From Macrostomum lignano (taxonomy: Eukaryota): DNA of 64,000 nucleotides. The notes beneath the pieces were generated by a model that was not told where the DNA came from, made no database searches, and worked only from the letters and a program-made list of their open reading frames with translations. The stretch covers positions 62,001 to 126,000 of the forward strand of contig NIVC01002548.1 of assembly GCA_002269645.1 (NCBI GenBank), written 5' to 3'. The position numbers and the translations under genes are program-made. Positions 61,778 to 64,000 of this stretch are shown here, one piece after another; position 1 is the first letter of the stretch, and each line of letters opens with the position of its first letter.

Positions 61778-63250
61778 CGATTATCCTCAGAATCGCCCTC
61801 TATTATTCTCAGAATCTTCTCTATTATCTTCAGAATCGCCCTCTATGATCCTTAGAACCGCCCTCTGTTATCCTTAGAATCGCCCTCTGTTATCCTTAGA
61901 ATCGCCCTCTGTTATCCTTAGAATCACCCTCTGTTATCCTTAGAATCGCCTTCTATTATCCTTAGAATCGCCCTCTGTTATCCTTAGAATCGCCCTCTAT
62001 TATCCTTAGAATCGCCCTCTATTATCCTCAGAATCGCCCTCTATTATCCTCAGAATCGCCCTCTATTATCTTCAGAATCGCCCTCTATTATCCTCAGAAT
62101 CGCCCTCTATTATCCTCAGAATCGCCCTCTATTATCCTCAGAATCGCCCTCTATTATCCTCAGAATCGCCCTCTATTATCCTCAGAATCGCCCTCTATTA
62201 TCCTCAAAATCGCCGTCTATTATCCTCAGAATCGCCCTCTATGATCCTCAGAATCGCCCTCTGTTATCCTCAGAATCGCCCTCTATGATCCCCAGAATCG
62301 CCATCTATTATCTTCAGAATCGCCCTCTATTATCCTCAGAATCGCCCTCTGTTATCCTCAGAATCGCCCACTATGATCCTCAGAATCGCCCTCTATGATT
62401 CTCAGAATCGCCCTCTATGATCCTCAGAATCGCCCTCTATTATCCTCAGAATCGCCCTCTATTATCCTCAGAATCGCCCTCTATTATCCTTAGAATCGCC
62501 CTCTATTATCCTCTGAATCGCCCTCTATTATCCTCAGAATCGCCCTCTGTTATCCTCAGAATCGCCCTCTGTTATCCTCAGAATCGCCCTCTATGATCCT
62601 CAGAATCGCCCTCTGTTATCCTCAGAATCGCCCTCTATGATCCCCAGAATCGCCATCTATTATCTTCAGAATCGCCCTCGATTATCCTCAGAATCGCCCT
62701 CTGTTATCCTCAGAATCGCCCTCTGTTATCCTCAGAATCACCCTCTATTATCTTCAGAATCGCCCTCTGTTATCCTCAGAATCGCCCTCTGTTATCCTCA
62801 GAATCACCCTCTATTATCCTCAGAATCGCCCTCTGTTATCCTCAGAATCACCCTCTATTATCCTCAGAATCGCCCTCTGTTATCCTCAGAATCACCCTCT
62901 ATTATCCTCAGAATCGCCCTCTATGATCCCCAGAATCGCCATCTATTATCTTCAGAATCGCCCTCGATTATCCTCAGAATCGCCCTCTGTTATCCTCAGA
63001 ATCGCCCTCTGTTATCCTCAGAATCACCCTCTATTATCCTCAGAATCGCCCTCTGTTATCCTCAGAATCACCCTCTATTATCCTCAGAATCGCCCTCTGT
63101 TATCCTCAGAATCACCCTCTATTATCCTCAGAATCGCCCTCTGTTATCCTCAGAATCACCCTCTATTATCCTCAGAATCGCCCTCTGTTATCCTCAGAAT
63201 CGCCCACTATGATCCTCAGAATCGCCCACTATGATCCTCAGAATCGCCTT
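61778..63250. repeat. 22-bp satellite, right block (~66 copies)
   Basis: Same unit as 58078-58776, with recurring runs of variant units. Confidence 0.95.
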
Positions 63251-63351
63251 CCCCAAGAATGTAGAATAAAAAAAACAATTTGCTATCAAGTTTGTTGCGC
63301 TACTCACAGTAGCACCTAAGCGCATGCATCCCCCAATCCGCCACCTTCCAG

Positions 63352-63946
63352 AGACATAATCGCCCTCGGCTTCGACCCCGAGCGCACGTTCATCTTCTCC
63401 GACCTGGACTACATCGGCTCGTCCCCGGAGTTCTACCGCAACATGTGCCGGGTGCAGAAGGCGGTGACCTTCAACCAGGCCAAAGGCATCTTCGGCTTCA
63501 CCGAGAGCGACTGCATCGGCAAGATCTCCTTCCCGGCTATCCAGGCTGCTCCATCGTTCTCATCGAGTTTCCCCCGGATTTTCAACTCCCGATCGGACAT
63601 CCCCTGCCTGATCCCGTGCGCCATCGACCAGGATCCCTACTTCCGCATGACCCGGGACGTGGCTCCGAGAATCGGCTGCCCGAAGCCGGCGCTGCTGCAC
63701 AGCACCTTCTTCCCTGCGCTGCAGGGCTGCCAGACTAAAATGTCCGCTTCGGATGCGAACTCGTCGGTCTTCCTGACCGACACGCCGAAGGCTGTGAAGG
63801 ACAAGATTAACAAATACGCTTTTAGCGGCGGCGGCGCCACAGTCGAGGAGCATAAGAAGAATGGCGGCAACTGCGACATTGACGTGAGCTATCAGTACCT
63901 GCGATTCTTTCTGGACGATGACCAGCGATTGGAAAAGATTCGACAG
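63352..63946 (+). CDS. WARS1: Tryptophanyl-tRNA synthetase exon 3 (KMSKS-like motif); gene continues beyond the window
   Basis: TTCCAG|A acceptor; [20 protein letters not shown]...[15 protein letters not shown]...[13 protein letters not shown]...[10 protein letters not shown]; CAG|GTGGGT donor. Confidence 0.96.
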
Positions 63947-64000
63947 GTGGGTTTTTTGTTCGGCCGATTCCTAAGAGTCTCGTTTTCTTGGAGAGTTTAT

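Noticed and set aside
62637-63234. Periodic ORFs in satellites (also 43636-44252, 36417-36888, 19496-20712)
   Set aside because: Products of tandem repeats lacking stops; no splice or domain support.
58078-63250. CRISPR-like appearance of the 22-, 47-, 21- and 24-bp arrays
   Set aside because: Units are contiguous with no unique spacers, there are no cas genes, and the context is eukaryotic introns.

Overview
Eukaryotic (animal, invertebrate) genomic DNA with very GC-rich exons, AT-rich introns, GT-AG splice sites and many satellites and small transposons. The style suggests a free-living flatworm such as Macrostomum, but this is an inference. I could reconstruct five spliced genes by hand. 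(1) A two-dsRBD protein with no deaminase domain (minus, 4248-5027). (2) An hnRNP R/Q (SYNCRIP-type) gene (minus, 6814-26741); its short RG-repeat first exon lies 14 kb upstream of exon 2 and is missed by the ORF track. (3) CPSF6/CFIm68 (plus, 27171-33758), head-to-head with the hnRNP gene, ATGs about 430 bp apart. (4) A CYP2-clan cytochrome P450 (plus, 45996-48290). (5) Cytosolic tryptophanyl-tRNA synthetase (plus, from 56741, running off the window). Between CPSF6 and the P450 are three broken minus-strand genes: WSC domain, fibrinogen-related domain, and PH plus kinase. Mobile DNA includes a full-length but disabled Ty3/Gypsy element in hnRNP intron 1, a second Gypsy element with an internal deletion and inversion (its empty site is present elsewhere in the window), an internally deleted LINE inside a 22-bp intronic satellite, a CORE-type SINE, several MITEs and several tandem arrays. 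I found no CRISPR array, rRNA or true tRNA gene. I cannot show a new biological system from sequence alone. The best leads are the divergent RNA-processing gene pair, the dsRBD-only protein next to a long inverted repeat, the satellite-embedded LINE derivative with an in-frame fused ORF2, and a perfect 19-bp hairpin upstream of WARS.
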